64,000 nucleotides of DNA from Campylobacterales bacterium (GCA_016930915.1 JAFGFU010000009.1:10081-74080), one strand, 5' to 3'; positions 1 to 10,298 are shown, counted from the stretch's first letter. Numbers and translations: made by a program. Notes: generated by a model not told the origin, from the sequence alone.

Positions 1-433
1 AAAGGTGTTACTCCTTTTAGGGGACGATGTTCTTTCTCACCCAAGAGCTTCTCATATTGCTAAATTAGCAGGATTGATTGCACGCTATGGTAAAGCTAAC
101 GTGATGGTAGTGGGTGCAAAAGAAGCCTATGTAAGCCTCAACGATAGTTTAGAGATGATGGATGAGGTTGCGGATATTAAGAGTTTTGATGGGGTCGTTG
201 TGTATGAATGTCCTTTAAAAGCGGGTGAAAAAGAGGGCTTACTGATTGGCTCGACGCAATTTCAAATGGCGGCTAAAGTGAAAGAGAATGAAAACATTGG
301 CGTGAAAATAGGCGAAGAAGTACATGCGTGTACCTTTGTTAAAGATGAAACGCTCAAAGGGGTTATTGGATTAATGCCCTGTGCGAAACTCAGTGGGGCG
401 TATCCCTACCATGTTGTCAAAATAGTGAAGTGA
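1..433 (+). CDS. NuoG-like protein, C-terminal fragment (5' end lies upstream of the window)
   Basis: The open frame runs off the left edge. Residues LGDDVLSHPRASHIAKLAGLI resemble IVGEDVYAHPRAQNIAKLLGLI in the C-terminal half of the downstream NuoG. The gene sits directly before nuoG-nuoN. Confidence 0.5.
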   Translation, partial: KVLLLLGDDVLSHPRASHIAKLAGLIARYGKANVMVVGAKEAYVSLNDSLEMMDEVADIKSFDGVVVYECPLKAGEKEGLLIGSTQFQMAAKVKENENIGVKIGEEVHACTFVKDETLKGVIGLMPCAKLSGAYPYHVVKIVK

Positions 434-440
434 GGCTGTC

Positions 441-2918
441 ATGAACGATATTACGATAACGATTGATGGAAAAGCGTGTCTTGCCAAAGAGGGTGAATAC
501 GTTTTAGGCGTTGCACGCAGAAATAATATTTTTATCCCTGCACTGTGTTATGTGACCAATTGTTCACCTACTTTAGCGTGTCGTTTGTGTTTGGTGGATA
601 TTGATGGTAAGCGGGCGTATAGCTGTAACGCCAGAGCCAAAGAGGGGATGAATGTCATCACGAAGAGTGAAGAGATTGAAAAAGAGCGTCGTGCCATTAT
701 GGAAATCTACGATGTGAACCATCCTTTGGAGTGTGGCGTGTGTGATCAAAGTGGCGAGTGTGAGCTTCAAAATTACACCTTACACATGGGAGTGGATTCG
801 CAACACCACTGCATCGCAGACACACACCGTCCGACCAAACAGTGGGGGCGTATTCATTACGATGCCTCTTTGTGTATTGTCTGTGAGCGCTGTGTGACGG
901 TCTGTAAAGATATGATTGGTGAGTCTGCGCTGAAAACAGTACCTCGTGGTGGGGCAGAGTTGGATAAAACGTGGAAGGATAAAACCGAAAAAGATGCCTA
1001 TGCCATGTGGAATAAACTTCAAAAGTCCATTATTGGCATTGCCAGTGGGGCGGAGAGTTTAGACTGTACGCAGTGTGGTGAGTGTACGGCAGTTTGTCCT
1101 GTGGGTGCGCTTGTAGGGAGTGATTTTCAGTATAGCTCCAATGCGTGGGAGCTTAAAAAAATCCCAGCTTCCAATCCTCACAGCAGTGACTGTTCTCTTC
1201 TTTTTTACGATGTCAAACAGACCAGCATCAGCAATCCTGAGCCAAAAATTTACCGTGTGAGCAGTGAGCACAACTACGCACCGCTTCACGCAGCAGCTCG
1301 TTATGGGTTTGACTTTCAAAATGAGGTTACATGTAAAGATGAAAGTGCCTTTGAAAGGGTGGTAGAGAGCTTAAAAACGAAGGTGGATACCCTTGCGTTT
1401 GAGAGTTACATTACCAACGAAGAAGCACTCGTTTTACAAAAGCTTAAAGAAAAATATGGTTATAAACTCATTAATCCTGAGGCAAAACGATACCAAGAAT
1501 TTCTTAAACACTACGCAAGTACTTCAGGTAAAAGCCTTTACAGTAGTGATTTGGAGAGTATTCGCTCCAGTAATTTTGTGGTGAGTTTTGGGGGTGCCAT
1601 AAAAACGGATAGTCCTAATGCAGGCTACGCCATGAACAATGCCTTAGGCATGAACAAAGGAGCAGGGCTTTACTTTCATCCTATTGCAGACCCTGTGGTT
1701 TCAGCGTATTCGAAAAACCTTCTTTCTATTACGCACAAAGTGGGGGCTGAAGAGGCGATTGCTTACTTTCTTTTAGACCTTTTTGGCGATAAAGAGGCAA
1801 TACCAAAAGCGCTTAAAGACTATTTAGCCACGTTTCATACAATTGAGAAAAAAACCATCCAAGAGAGCATTAAAGAAGATGTGAAAGAGATGGTCAAAGA
1901 TGAAGAAAGTGGTGAAGAAAAAGAGGTTATCACCAGTGTGAACAAAGTGGTCGAGAAAGAGATAGAAATTGATACCAACGCTTTGGTTTTCCTCATGGGC
2001 GCTGAAGCGGATGTAGTAGAGAAAATTACGAAACTGCTTGATAAAAAAGATAGCTTTAGCCTTATCGTGGGCGAAGATGTTTATGCCCATCCACGTGCAC
2101 AAAATATCGCAAAACTTTTAGGCTTAATAGAGCGCTTTACGCCGTTTAACCTCGTCATGATTCCTTCACGCACCAACACCTTAGGTGTTGCGCTGATTTG
2201 TGATTTGGATGAAGAAAAAGGCAACTACGTCCTAGGCTATAACACCACAGGCGATGTAACCTTGAGTGCCTTAGGCAAGGGTGATTTGGCGATGCCTGCC
2301 TTGAACCAGCAAGAAGGAACTTTTACGTCTATGAACAAACGGGTGGTTCCGACCAATGCAGCCCTTCCTTTTAAAGGCTATTGTCTCAATGACCTTGCCA
2401 ACGCATTAGGGCTTGAAGCGGAGTGGACGATTGATTACACACCTCTTTTACCACTCCAAAAAGGATTTAAAGCTCAAAAATTTGATGACCTGCCTAACCA
2501 ATACGAAAACGATGGCAGGGAAAATCGAGGCTATCTTTTAGAGGAGCAAAGCCTTACATGTAACGATGAGGTTGAACCCTTGGCAAGCTTTACATGTAAA
2601 GAGGGGGATATGGTTTATCTTGCCAATCCTGTGCATCAGTTTAGCCCTTTTACCAACAAAGCCCATCAGCTCAATGAAGCGGGTGCTTTGTATGTCTCCA
2701 AAGATTTCTTAGAGGCTAAAAATCTTAAAAGTGGTGACATGGTTACCCTTGAAAATGAAGCGGGAGCGAAGTTGGTTATTGCACTTAAAGAAGAGCCAAT
2801 GATAGGGGGCATGATTCCTTATTTGCCTGATTTTGATACCAAAATCGATGTCACACCGTTTTTTAAAGAGGGGTATCGCTTTGCGAGTGTAACGATTAAA
2901 GGAGTTGCGCATGTTTGA
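441..2918 (+). CDS. nuoG: NADH-quinone oxidoreductase subunit G
   Basis: 825 aa. N-terminal 2Fe-2S ferredoxin-like Cys pattern (CYVTNCSPTLACRLC), then HPLECGVCDQSGEC and CIVCERCVTVC / CTQCGECTAVCP Fe-S motifs. First gene of the H-N series. Confidence 0.9.
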   Translation: MNDITITIDGKACLAKEGEYVLGVARRNNIFIPALCYVTNCSPTLACRLCLVDIDGKRAYSCNARAKEGMNVITKSEEIEKERRAIMEIYDVNHPLECGVCDQSGECELQNYTLHMGVDSQHHCIADTHRPTKQWGRIHYDASLCIVCERCVTVCKDMIGESALKTVPRGGAELDKTWKDKTEKDAYAMWNKLQKSIIGIASGAESLDCTQCGECTAVCPVGALVGSDFQYSSNAWELKKIPASNPHSSDCSLLFYDVKQTSISNPEPKIYRVSSEHNYAPLHAAARYGFDFQNEVTCKDESAFERVVESLKTKVDTLAFESYITNEEALVLQKLKEKYGYKLINPEAKRYQEFLKHYASTSGKSLYSSDLESIRSSNFVVSFGGAIKTDSPNAGYAMNNALGMNKGAGLYFHPIADPVVSAYSKNLLSITHKVGAEEAIAYFLLDLFGDKEAIPKALKDYLATFHTIEKKTIQESIKEDVKEMVKDEESGEEKEVITSVNKVVEKEIEIDTNALVFLMGAEADVVEKITKLLDKKDSFSLIVGEDVYAHPRAQNIAKLLGLIERFTPFNLVMIPSRTNTLGVALICDLDEEKGNYVLGYNTTGDVTLSALGKGDLAMPALNQQEGTFTSMNKRVVPTNAALPFKGYCLNDLANALGLEAEWTIDYTPLLPLQKGFKAQKFDDLPNQYENDGRENRGYLLEEQSLTCNDEVEPLASFTCKEGDMVYLANPVHQFSPFTNKAHQLNEAGALYVSKDFLEAKNLKSGDMVTLENEAGAKLVIALKEEPMIGGMIPYLPDFDTKIDVTPFFKEGYRFASVTIKGVAHV
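1326..1337. repeat. Iterated palindrome, 11/12 copy (gTTACATGTAAA)
   Basis: Inside nuoG, read as V-T-C-K. Confidence 0.8.
2589..2600. repeat. Iterated palindrome TTTACATGTAAA, perfect copy
   Basis: 12/12; inside nuoG, read as F-T-C-K. Confidence 0.95.
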
Positions 2919-3903
2919 AACAGCAGTGATTGTTGAAACCGTGGTTAAAGCGGTAATAGTCGTCTCTATTGTAGCGGCTATGGCGGGCTTTGCAACCTTT
3001 ATTGAGCGTAAAGTTTTGGCGTTTATGCAACGACGTCTAGGACCGATGCACGTAGGCCCTTATGGTTTGTTGCAACTCGCAGCCGATGGTATTAAGCTTT
3101 TTACCAAAGAAGATATTATCCCTCAAAATGCCATCAAACCTATTTTTATGATAGCGCCTGTGATTGCCGCAACCAGTGCGTTTGTCGCGATGGCGGCGGT
3201 GCCCTATTTTCCTGAGTTTACCCTTTTTGGTTACACGATTCACCCCATTATCTCAGACATTAACGTAGCCCTTTTGTATGTCATGGGGGTCGCTTCGGTT
3301 GGGATTTATGGTCCATTGTTAGCGGGTATGAGTAGTGCCAATAAATGGTCACTCCTAGGAGCGGCACGTGCGGTTGTGCAGATGCTCTCTTTTGAAGTGG
3401 TTTCAGGGCTTTCGATTTTAGCGCCTATTATGCTGATTGGTTCTCTCTCCTTGATTGATATTAACGACTACCAAAGTGGGGGAATTACCCAGTGGCTCAT
3501 TTGGAAACAGCCTTTGGCGTTTGTTTTATTTGCCATCGCAGGTTTTATGGAGACCAACCGTGCGCCTTTTGATACGGTTGAGTTTGAAGCTGAAGTGGTT
3601 GCAGGGTATGCGACGGAGTATTCAGGCATGCGTTGGGGACTCTTTTTTATTGGTGAATATGCCAATATGATTACCATTTCGGTACTCGTGAGCATCATTT
3701 TTATGGGCGGATATGCTCCTTTATGGTTTATCCCAGGTGCGGTAATGATGCTTTTAAAAGTTTCATTTTGGATATTTTTATTTTTATGGGTGAGGGCTGC
3801 ATGGCCACATGTAAGACCTGACCAACTGATGTGGGTCTGTTGGAAAGTCATGATGCCACTCTCTGTGGTCAATATTTTGATCACGGGCTTTGTGCTGATT
3901 TAG
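2911..3903 (+). CDS. nuoH: NADH-quinone oxidoreductase subunit H
   Basis: Polytopic membrane protein with ERKVLAFMQRRLGP and EYSGM motifs typical of NuoH/ND1. The ATG at 2911 follows AAAGGAG, and I prefer it to the TTG at 2905. It overlaps the nuoG stop by 8 nt. Confidence 0.93.
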   Translation: MFETAVIVETVVKAVIVVSIVAAMAGFATFIERKVLAFMQRRLGPMHVGPYGLLQLAADGIKLFTKEDIIPQNAIKPIFMIAPVIAATSAFVAMAAVPYFPEFTLFGYTIHPIISDINVALLYVMGVASVGIYGPLLAGMSSANKWSLLGAARAVVQMLSFEVVSGLSILAPIMLIGSLSLIDINDYQSGGITQWLIWKQPLAFVLFAIAGFMETNRAPFDTVEFEAEVVAGYATEYSGMRWGLFFIGEYANMITISVLVSIIFMGGYAPLWFIPGAVMMLLKVSFWIFLFLWVRAAWPHVRPDQLMWVCWKVMMPLSVVNILITGFVLI

Positions 3904-3912
3904 GAGGCTTTG

Positions 3913-4527
3913 ATGACACTCAATGATTTTAAAAAACGCGATTGTAGCGGGGATTATATCTTTTTTGACGGTGAGGAAAAGGCTGAAAATGGTTGGAAAG
4001 CCTTTCAAAGAGTGGTAAAGAGAACCCTAAAAGGGGAACTTTTTGTAGGGCTATGGGTCGTGCTTCGTGAGATGATTCGTTTTGATATTCACACCCTCAA
4101 ATACCCCAGTGAAAAAATGCAAATGGGACCACGCTATCGTGCCATTCATCGTTTGCTTCGTCTTTTTGAGAGTGGGAGTGAGCGTTGTATTGGGTGTGGA
4201 TTGTGTGAAAAAATTTGTATTGCAAACTGTATTCGCATGGAGACACGCATTGATGAGAAGAGTCGCAAAGAGGTTTCCCAATATAGCATTAACTTTGGGC
4301 GTTGTATCTTTTGTGGGTATTGTGCAGAAGTGTGTCCAGAACTTGCCATTGTGCATGGCATAGAGTATGAAAATGCGAGTGAACAGCGGGCTCATTTTGG
4401 ACTTAAAGAGGATATGTTAACGCCTCTTGATACCTTTAGAGCCAAAGAGCAAAAAGAGTTTTCAGGTTTTGGCGCTTTAAGTGACCATGCCGATGAAACT
4501 GTTAAAAAAACACCATTAGCGTATTGA
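3913..4527 (+). CDS. nuoI: NADH-quinone oxidoreductase subunit I (2x[4Fe-4S])
   Basis: Motifs CIGCGLCEKIC and CIFCGYCAEVCP. AGGAGG lies 5 nt upstream of the ATG at 3913. Operon position fits. Confidence 0.93.
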   Translation: MTLNDFKKRDCSGDYIFFDGEEKAENGWKAFQRVVKRTLKGELFVGLWVVLREMIRFDIHTLKYPSEKMQMGPRYRAIHRLLRLFESGSERCIGCGLCEKICIANCIRMETRIDEKSRKEVSQYSINFGRCIFCGYCAEVCPELAIVHGIEYENASEQRAHFGLKEDMLTPLDTFRAKEQKEFSGFGALSDHADETVKKTPLAY

Positions 4528-4534
4528 GGTTGCC

Positions 4535-5089
4535 ATGTATGAAGTGATAGCATTTTACATTTTTTCGATACTCACTGTGGGTATGTTTGGCATTGTGGTG
4601 ATGAGCAAAAACGCTTTGTATGCCATGAGTGCCTTAGCCGGTGGAATGATTTTTATCTCAGGGTTCTTTTTTATTTTAGATGCTGAGTTTTTGGGTGTGG
4701 TACAGATTGTAGTCTATTCAGGTGCGATTATGGCGTTGTATGCTTTTGGTATGATGTTTTTTGATACCACCCGTGATGTCAGCGAGAAGATGCGCTCTAA
4801 AAAAATTGCGTACACACTTTCGATCATCAGTGCTGTTTTGATTGTCGCCATTTTGTGTATGCCGTTGGTTTCAGAGAGCATTGAAGCCTCTTATCCTGCG
4901 ATGGAGAATGTGGGCAATATACAGATGGTCGGGCTGATTTTATTTACTAAATATTTAGTACCTTTTGAATTGGCGGCTATTATGCTTTTAGTGGCGATGA
5001 TTTCAGGTATTGTTTTGGCGAGTAAAAAAATGGATGAGCATTTAGCCATAGAAGAAGATGAATGTGAAATGCTAAAGGAGGGCAAATGA
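4535..5089 (+). CDS. nuoJ: NADH-quinone oxidoreductase subunit J
   Basis: Hydrophobic 184-aa protein in the J position of the operon; the stop overlaps the nuoK start. Confidence 0.88.
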   Translation: MYEVIAFYIFSILTVGMFGIVVMSKNALYAMSALAGGMIFISGFFFILDAEFLGVVQIVVYSGAIMALYAFGMMFFDTTRDVSEKMRSKKIAYTLSIISAVLIVAILCMPLVSESIEASYPAMENVGNIQMVGLILFTKYLVPFELAAIMLLVAMISGIVLASKKMDEHLAIEEDECEMLKEGK

Positions 5090-5388
5090 TTACGTTAACC
5101 CATTATCTCATTTTAACGGGATTGCTTTTTGCTATTGGTCTGGTTGGTGTTATGCGAAGAACCAATCTTTTGATGCTCTTCTTTTCCACAGAGATTTTAT
5201 TGAATGCCGTTAATATTGGTTTTGTTGCAGTCTCAAAGTATTATGGAGATTTTACAGGGCAGATGTTTGCTTTTTTTATTATTGCCGTGGCAGCCAGTGA
5301 AGTTGCTGTGGGTTTAGGACTTCTCATTTTGTGGTATAAACGCAATGGCTCTGTTGATTTAAATAGCCTCCAAATGATGAAAGGGTAA
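5086..5388 (+). CDS. nuoK: NADH-quinone oxidoreductase subunit K
   Basis: 100 aa with three TM segments and an AASEVAVGLGLL motif typical of NuoK/ND4L. Confidence 0.9.
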   Translation: MITLTHYLILTGLLFAIGLVGVMRRTNLLMLFFSTEILLNAVNIGFVAVSKYYGDFTGQMFAFFIIAVAASEVAVGLGLLILWYKRNGSVDLNSLQMMKG

Positions 5389-5391
5389 GCT

Positions 5392-7248
5392 ATGGAAAAA
5401 TACCTTTATACAGCGCTTTTTGCTCCGTTGGTCAGTTCACTCTTTGTAGCGCTCTTTGCTTCACGCCCTAAGATGCTTTTTACAGGTGTTATTGCATCCA
5501 TTTTGATTGCAATTTCAATGGTTTCATCCTTTGTTTTACTGATTGACGTGAATACGCATGGCGCTTTACATGTAAACATGATGGACTGGATTGTTGCGGG
5601 TAATTTGTATATTCCTTTTGGATTTGTTGTGGATGAAGTTTCGGTCATTATGATGGTAACTGTAACCCTAGTTTCAACGGTTGTTCATATTTATTCCATT
5701 GGGTATATGGATCATGATAAGAGCTTTAATCGCTTCTTCTCATACCTCTCTGCCTTTGTTTTTTCCATGATGATTTTGGTCATGAGCGATAACTTTGTAG
5801 GGCTTTTTATTGGATGGGAAGGTGTGGGACTTTGTTCTTGGTTACTCATTGGTTTTTGGTACCATAAACACTCCGCTTCTTGGGCCGCAAATGAAGCGTT
5901 TATTATGAATCGTATTGCTGACCTTGGTATGCTGATGGGACTCTTCTTGATTTACTGGAATGTGGGTTCTTTACAGTATGAAGAGGTTTTTGCAACACTG
6001 AAGGATTTAGATAGCGTGGTTGTCGCAACGATTGGAATATTTTTATTTATTGGAGCTATGGGAAAATCAGCGCAGTTTCCACTGCATACATGGCTTGCTG
6101 ATGCGATGGAAGGACCTACGCCTGTTTCAGCGCTGATTCATGCTGCAACCATGGTAACAGCGGGTGTTTATTTGGTGATTCGTTGTGGGGAGCTTTACAG
6201 TATGATTCCAGATGTTGGTTTTGCGATTGCTTCTTTGGGTGCGTTTGTGGCTCTTTTTGCCGCTTCTATGGCATTGGTTAATAATGATTTAAAACGTATT
6301 ATTGCCTATTCAACTCTTTCTCAATTAGGGTACATGTTCGTAGCTGCTGGTTTGGGTGCTTATTGGATTGCGCTTTTTCACTTGATGACCCATGCGTTTT
6401 TTAAATCCTTACTCTTTTTGGGGGCAGGTAATGTCATGCATGCGATGCACGATGAGTTGAACATTAAAAAAATGGGTGGGCTTTATGGGTCAATGAAAGC
6501 TACTGCTATTTTAATGAGTGTGGCGTCTGTGGCATTGGCTGGTATTTATCCTTTGGCTGGTTTCTTTTCAAAAGATAAAATTTTAGAAGTGGCGTTTAAT
6601 GAGGGGGCTTACTTTTTATGGTTTGCCTTATTTATAGGAGCAGGTTTGACTGCATTTTATAGTTTTCGTTTAGTGATGCTCGTTTTCTTTGGCGAGAAAG
6701 AGTATATTAAACATGGTTTTCATCCACACGAAGCGCAACCTTTTGTGATTTATGCTTTACTTCCTTTAGGTCTTTTGGCAGTGATTGCAGGATGGTTTGA
6801 ACACCAATTTGAAGGCTTTACAACACGTCTTTTGGCACGTTATGAAATTCACATTTCTCATGGTATAGAAATCGTTTTAATTGGTGCAACACTTTGTATT
6901 GCCGTTGGTGGTATAGCTTTTGCCATTTATAAGTATCAGCGTGGTGGATTTTCAAAAACATGGGAAGAAGGATTTTTCTATAAACTTCTAAGTAATCAAT
7001 ATTACATTCCAAAAGTGTATGAGCTTTATATTATGCGACCTTTTACAATGTTATCGCAGTTTGTATGGCAAAAAATCGATATGAAAGTGGTTGATTTTAC
7101 GGTAGATAGTATCGCAAGGACGATTTATAAAACGGGTGAAAAGAGTCGAAAAATGCAAAGTGGAAATCTCTCCGACATGCTACGTTGGATGGTTGTGGGA
7201 ATGGTTGTTTTACTTGTGTTAGCACTTTTTTATAGACCAATGGCTTAG
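5392..7248 (+). CDS. nuoL: NADH-quinone oxidoreductase subunit L
   Basis: 618-aa antiporter-like subunit with GWEGVGLCSWLLIGFW, KSAQFPLHTWLADAMEGPTPVSALIHAATMV motifs. Confidence 0.95.
   Translation: MEKYLYTALFAPLVSSLFVALFASRPKMLFTGVIASILIAISMVSSFVLLIDVNTHGALHVNMMDWIVAGNLYIPFGFVVDEVSVIMMVTVTLVSTVVHIYSIGYMDHDKSFNRFFSYLSAFVFSMMILVMSDNFVGLFIGWEGVGLCSWLLIGFWYHKHSASWAANEAFIMNRIADLGMLMGLFLIYWNVGSLQYEEVFATLKDLDSVVVATIGIFLFIGAMGKSAQFPLHTWLADAMEGPTPVSALIHAATMVTAGVYLVIRCGELYSMIPDVGFAIASLGAFVALFAASMALVNNDLKRIIAYSTLSQLGYMFVAAGLGAYWIALFHLMTHAFFKSLLFLGAGNVMHAMHDELNIKKMGGLYGSMKATAILMSVASVALAGIYPLAGFFSKDKILEVAFNEGAYFLWFALFIGAGLTAFYSFRLVMLVFFGEKEYIKHGFHPHEAQPFVIYALLPLGLLAVIAGWFEHQFEGFTTRLLARYEIHISHGIEIVLIGATLCIAVGGIAFAIYKYQRGGFSKTWEEGFFYKLLSNQYYIPKVYELYIMRPFTMLSQFVWQKIDMKVVDFTVDSIARTIYKTGEKSRKMQSGNLSDMLRWMVVGMVVLLVLALFYRPMA
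5565..5576. repeat. Iterated palindrome TTTACATGTAAA, perfect copy
   Basis: 12/12; inside nuoL, read as L-H-V-N. Confidence 0.95.
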
Positions 7249-7262
7249 GTAGGAGTTAGAGC

Positions 7263-8789
7263 ATGGAACATATTTTATCGCTTTTAGTCTTTTTCCCAGC
7301 AGTGGCAGGACTTTTAGGCTTTTTGGTCGCAAAAGAGAGTATTAGGGCGTATGGCATTAGTGTGAGTGTGATTGAATTTTGTCTCTCCTTAATTTTGTGG
7401 ATAGGTTTTGATAGTGCTAATGCAGGGTATCAATTTGTAGAATATTATGCGTTTATTCCAAGTTATGGCATGAGTTATTATTTGGGTGTGGATGGAATAT
7501 CACTCTTTTTAGTGATTTTATCAACCTTTATTACGATGATTGCCCTTATTGGTCTGAGCATTGAAAAAGATATTAAAAACCTAATTATTTCAGTTCTTTT
7601 TTTAGAAATGACGATGGTAGGTGTTTTCCTTATTTTAGATGTGATTTGGTTTTATGCTTTTTGGGAACTCTCTTTGGTACCAATGCTCTATATTATTGGT
7701 GGATGGGGTGGAGAAAGGCGTATGTATGCTGCCATTAAGTTTTTTCTCTATACGTTTGCGGGTTCAGTATTGATGTTAGTGGGTATTTTGTATATGGGCT
7801 TTTTGTATTATGAAGCGACAGGTATTTGGAGTTTTGCATTACCTGATTGGTATTTGTTGCAAGTACCGTTTAAAGCACAACTATGGCTTTTTGGTGCATT
7901 CTTCTTAGGATTTGCCATTAAAGTGCCTATGTTTCCTTTTCACACATGGCTTCCTTATGCGCATGGTCAAGCGCCAACTATTGGTTCTGTTATTCTAGCC
8001 GCAGTCCTTCTTAAAATGGGTAGTTATGGTTTTGTGCGTTTTTCATTACCACTTTTTCCTGATGCGACGGTTTACTTTCTGATTCCAGTGGCAATTATTT
8101 GTATCATTATGGTCATTTATGCAGCGATGATTGCTTATGCGCAAGAAGATATGAAACAAGTGATTGCGTATAGTTCTATTTCACATATGGGAATTGTTAT
8201 TTTAGGGACGTTTGCCATGAATGCAGAAGGCATTACAGGATCAATCTTTTTAATGCTGAGTCATGGTATTGTGAGTGGTGCTTTGTTTATGTTGGTCGGT
8301 GTTATTTATGACCGTCGCCATACTAAAATGATACGAGATTTTGGAGGTTTGGCGCAGGTTATGCCAAATTTTGCTACGGTCTATGGCATTATGCTTATGG
8401 CTTCTGTGGGTTTACCACTGACGGTTGGATTTGTAGGTGAGTTTTTATCTTTGGTTGGTTTTTATCGTATTAGTTGGATTTTGACACTTTTAGCTGGAAC
8501 AGGAATTATTTTAGGTGCCGTGTATATGCTGGTATTGTATAAAAAATCATTTTTTGGTCAGGTTGTGCATGAAGAGAATCGTAGCCTTAAAGATTTAAAT
8601 GCAAAAGAGTTAAGCGCATTAATTCCTTTGGTGTTATTGGTCGCAATTTTGGGTATTTATCCAAAGCCATTGCTTTCAACGATTGATATGAGTGTTCAAA
8701 AAATGCTTGTTTTAATGGATCAAAAAGCTATTGAACCTGCTACAAAAGAGCTTATTATGAAAGCGAATAGCATAGGAGGAACACACTAA
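7263..8789 (+). CDS. nuoM: NADH-quinone oxidoreductase subunit M
   Basis: 508-aa antiporter-like subunit with FAIKVPMFPFHTWLPYAHGQAPT motif; RBS GGAG upstream. Confidence 0.95.
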   Translation: MEHILSLLVFFPAVAGLLGFLVAKESIRAYGISVSVIEFCLSLILWIGFDSANAGYQFVEYYAFIPSYGMSYYLGVDGISLFLVILSTFITMIALIGLSIEKDIKNLIISVLFLEMTMVGVFLILDVIWFYAFWELSLVPMLYIIGGWGGERRMYAAIKFFLYTFAGSVLMLVGILYMGFLYYEATGIWSFALPDWYLLQVPFKAQLWLFGAFFLGFAIKVPMFPFHTWLPYAHGQAPTIGSVILAAVLLKMGSYGFVRFSLPLFPDATVYFLIPVAIICIIMVIYAAMIAYAQEDMKQVIAYSSISHMGIVILGTFAMNAEGITGSIFLMLSHGIVSGALFMLVGVIYDRRHTKMIRDFGGLAQVMPNFATVYGIMLMASVGLPLTVGFVGEFLSLVGFYRISWILTLLAGTGIILGAVYMLVLYKKSFFGQVVHEENRSLKDLNAKELSALIPLVLLVAILGIYPKPLLSTIDMSVQKMLVLMDQKAIEPATKELIMKANSIGGTH

Positions 8790-10273
8790 TGGAAACGATC
8801 TCAATTGATGTGGCAAGTCTCAATTTACCTGCTCTTCTTCCTATGGCAATTTTAGCACTAGGTGCGTTAGGGCTTATTTGTGTTGATTTAGTGGTCAAAG
8901 GGTTAAATCGTAGTTTTTTAACGATGATTACTATACTTTTTATTCTTCTGGATTTAGGTGCGGTTATTGGTTACAATGGTCCAAGCCGTGCTTTTTTTGA
9001 TGTTTTGTTAGTGGATGGCATTGCGCTTATTGCGCAGGTGATTATTTTGGTTGCTTCTGCCATCTTTTTACCGCTTTCATTAAGTCACCGCCATTTTAGA
9101 GAGTTTGAAATGGCAGAATTTTATGCCCTTTTTATGTTTATGATTGTTGGTTTTCAGTGTATGGTTGTGAGTGACAATCTTATTTTGATTTTTATAGGTT
9201 TAGAGACTTCAAGTCTTGCTTTATATACTATGATTGCTATGCACAATCGCGCTAAAGCGTTTGAAGCAGCAATTAAATACTTTACGATGGGTGCACTTGC
9301 TGCTGGATTTTATGCCCTCTCTGCGCTTATTTTTTACGCCATGACAGGGAGTGTGGAAATTTATCAGATTGAGCAAGCACTTCAAGCACGTAATTTTGAA
9401 CCTTTAGTGGGTATTTTAGCAGGTACTATTTTTATGTTGGGAGCCCTTGGATTTAAACTTTCATTGGTTCCATCACATACATGGACGCCTGATGTATATG
9501 AAGGAAGTTCTGCACCTCTTGCTGGGTATATGTCGGTTGTTCCCAAAATTGCAGGATTTGTCGTTGCTATGCGTCTGTTTGAAATGCTGGTGTATTCTGG
9601 GGTTGTTTGGTTAGAACATATTTTATACGCAGCTGTTGTTCTTACCATGACGTTAGCAAATATTACGGCTCTTGTGCAAGAGGATGTCAAACGTATGCTT
9701 GCTTTTAGTTCTATTTCGCATGCAGGTTTTATGATGGCGGCCATTTTAATTGGAACCACACAGTCTAATACAGCACTCTTTTTGTATTGGACACTGTTTA
9801 TGTTTACAAATTTAGGAGCATTTACGATGCTTTGGATTGTAAGACACCGTAAAAATCTTTGGGATGAGCGCTACCAGCACCCTTATACAAAATTTTCTGG
9901 ATTGGTTAAACTTATGCCAGCAACGGCAACGATTATGGGTATTTTTATGTTTGCACTCGCAGGCATGCCTCCTTTTTCCGTCTTTTGGGGTAAACTTTAC
10001 CTTATTAGCGCAGCGATTAACAGTGAGTATATCTATTTAGCAGTCATCATTGCGCTTAATAGCGCCATAGCAGTTTATTATTACATGAAGCTTGCTGTTT
10101 ATATGTTTTTAAAAGAACCCGTCATGTCAGATGCAACACTCTATGCCACCAACGCTTCCACTCCTTTAAAAGTTATTGTGGGTGTGTCAGTTATGATTAC
10201 GGTATTTGCAATTATTTTTGTTGAACCTCTTTTGAACATACTCACAAAATATGTTAGTGCCAGCGGTTTTTAA
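8789..10273 (+). CDS. nuoN: NADH-quinone oxidoreductase subunit N
   Basis: 494-aa antiporter-like subunit with PSHTWTPDVYEGSSAPLAGYMS motif; TAATG overlap with nuoM. Confidence 0.95.
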   Translation: METISIDVASLNLPALLPMAILALGALGLICVDLVVKGLNRSFLTMITILFILLDLGAVIGYNGPSRAFFDVLLVDGIALIAQVIILVASAIFLPLSLSHRHFREFEMAEFYALFMFMIVGFQCMVVSDNLILIFIGLETSSLALYTMIAMHNRAKAFEAAIKYFTMGALAAGFYALSALIFYAMTGSVEIYQIEQALQARNFEPLVGILAGTIFMLGALGFKLSLVPSHTWTPDVYEGSSAPLAGYMSVVPKIAGFVVAMRLFEMLVYSGVVWLEHILYAAVVLTMTLANITALVQEDVKRMLAFSSISHAGFMMAAILIGTTQSNTALFLYWTLFMFTNLGAFTMLWIVRHRKNLWDERYQHPYTKFSGLVKLMPATATIMGIFMFALAGMPPFSVFWGKLYLISAAINSEYIYLAVIIALNSAIAVYYYMKLAVYMFLKEPVMSDATLYATNASTPLKVIVGVSVMITVFAIIFVEPLLNILTKYVSASGF

Positions 10274-10298
10274 ATAAGGGGCGAAAATCCCCTTATTT
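10272..10298 (+). terminator. Rho-independent terminator after nuoN
   Basis: Stem AAATAAGGGG (10272-10281) pairs with CCCCTTATTT (10289-10298) around a 7-nt loop. The T-rich 3' side starts inside the nuoN stop codon. Confidence 0.6.
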
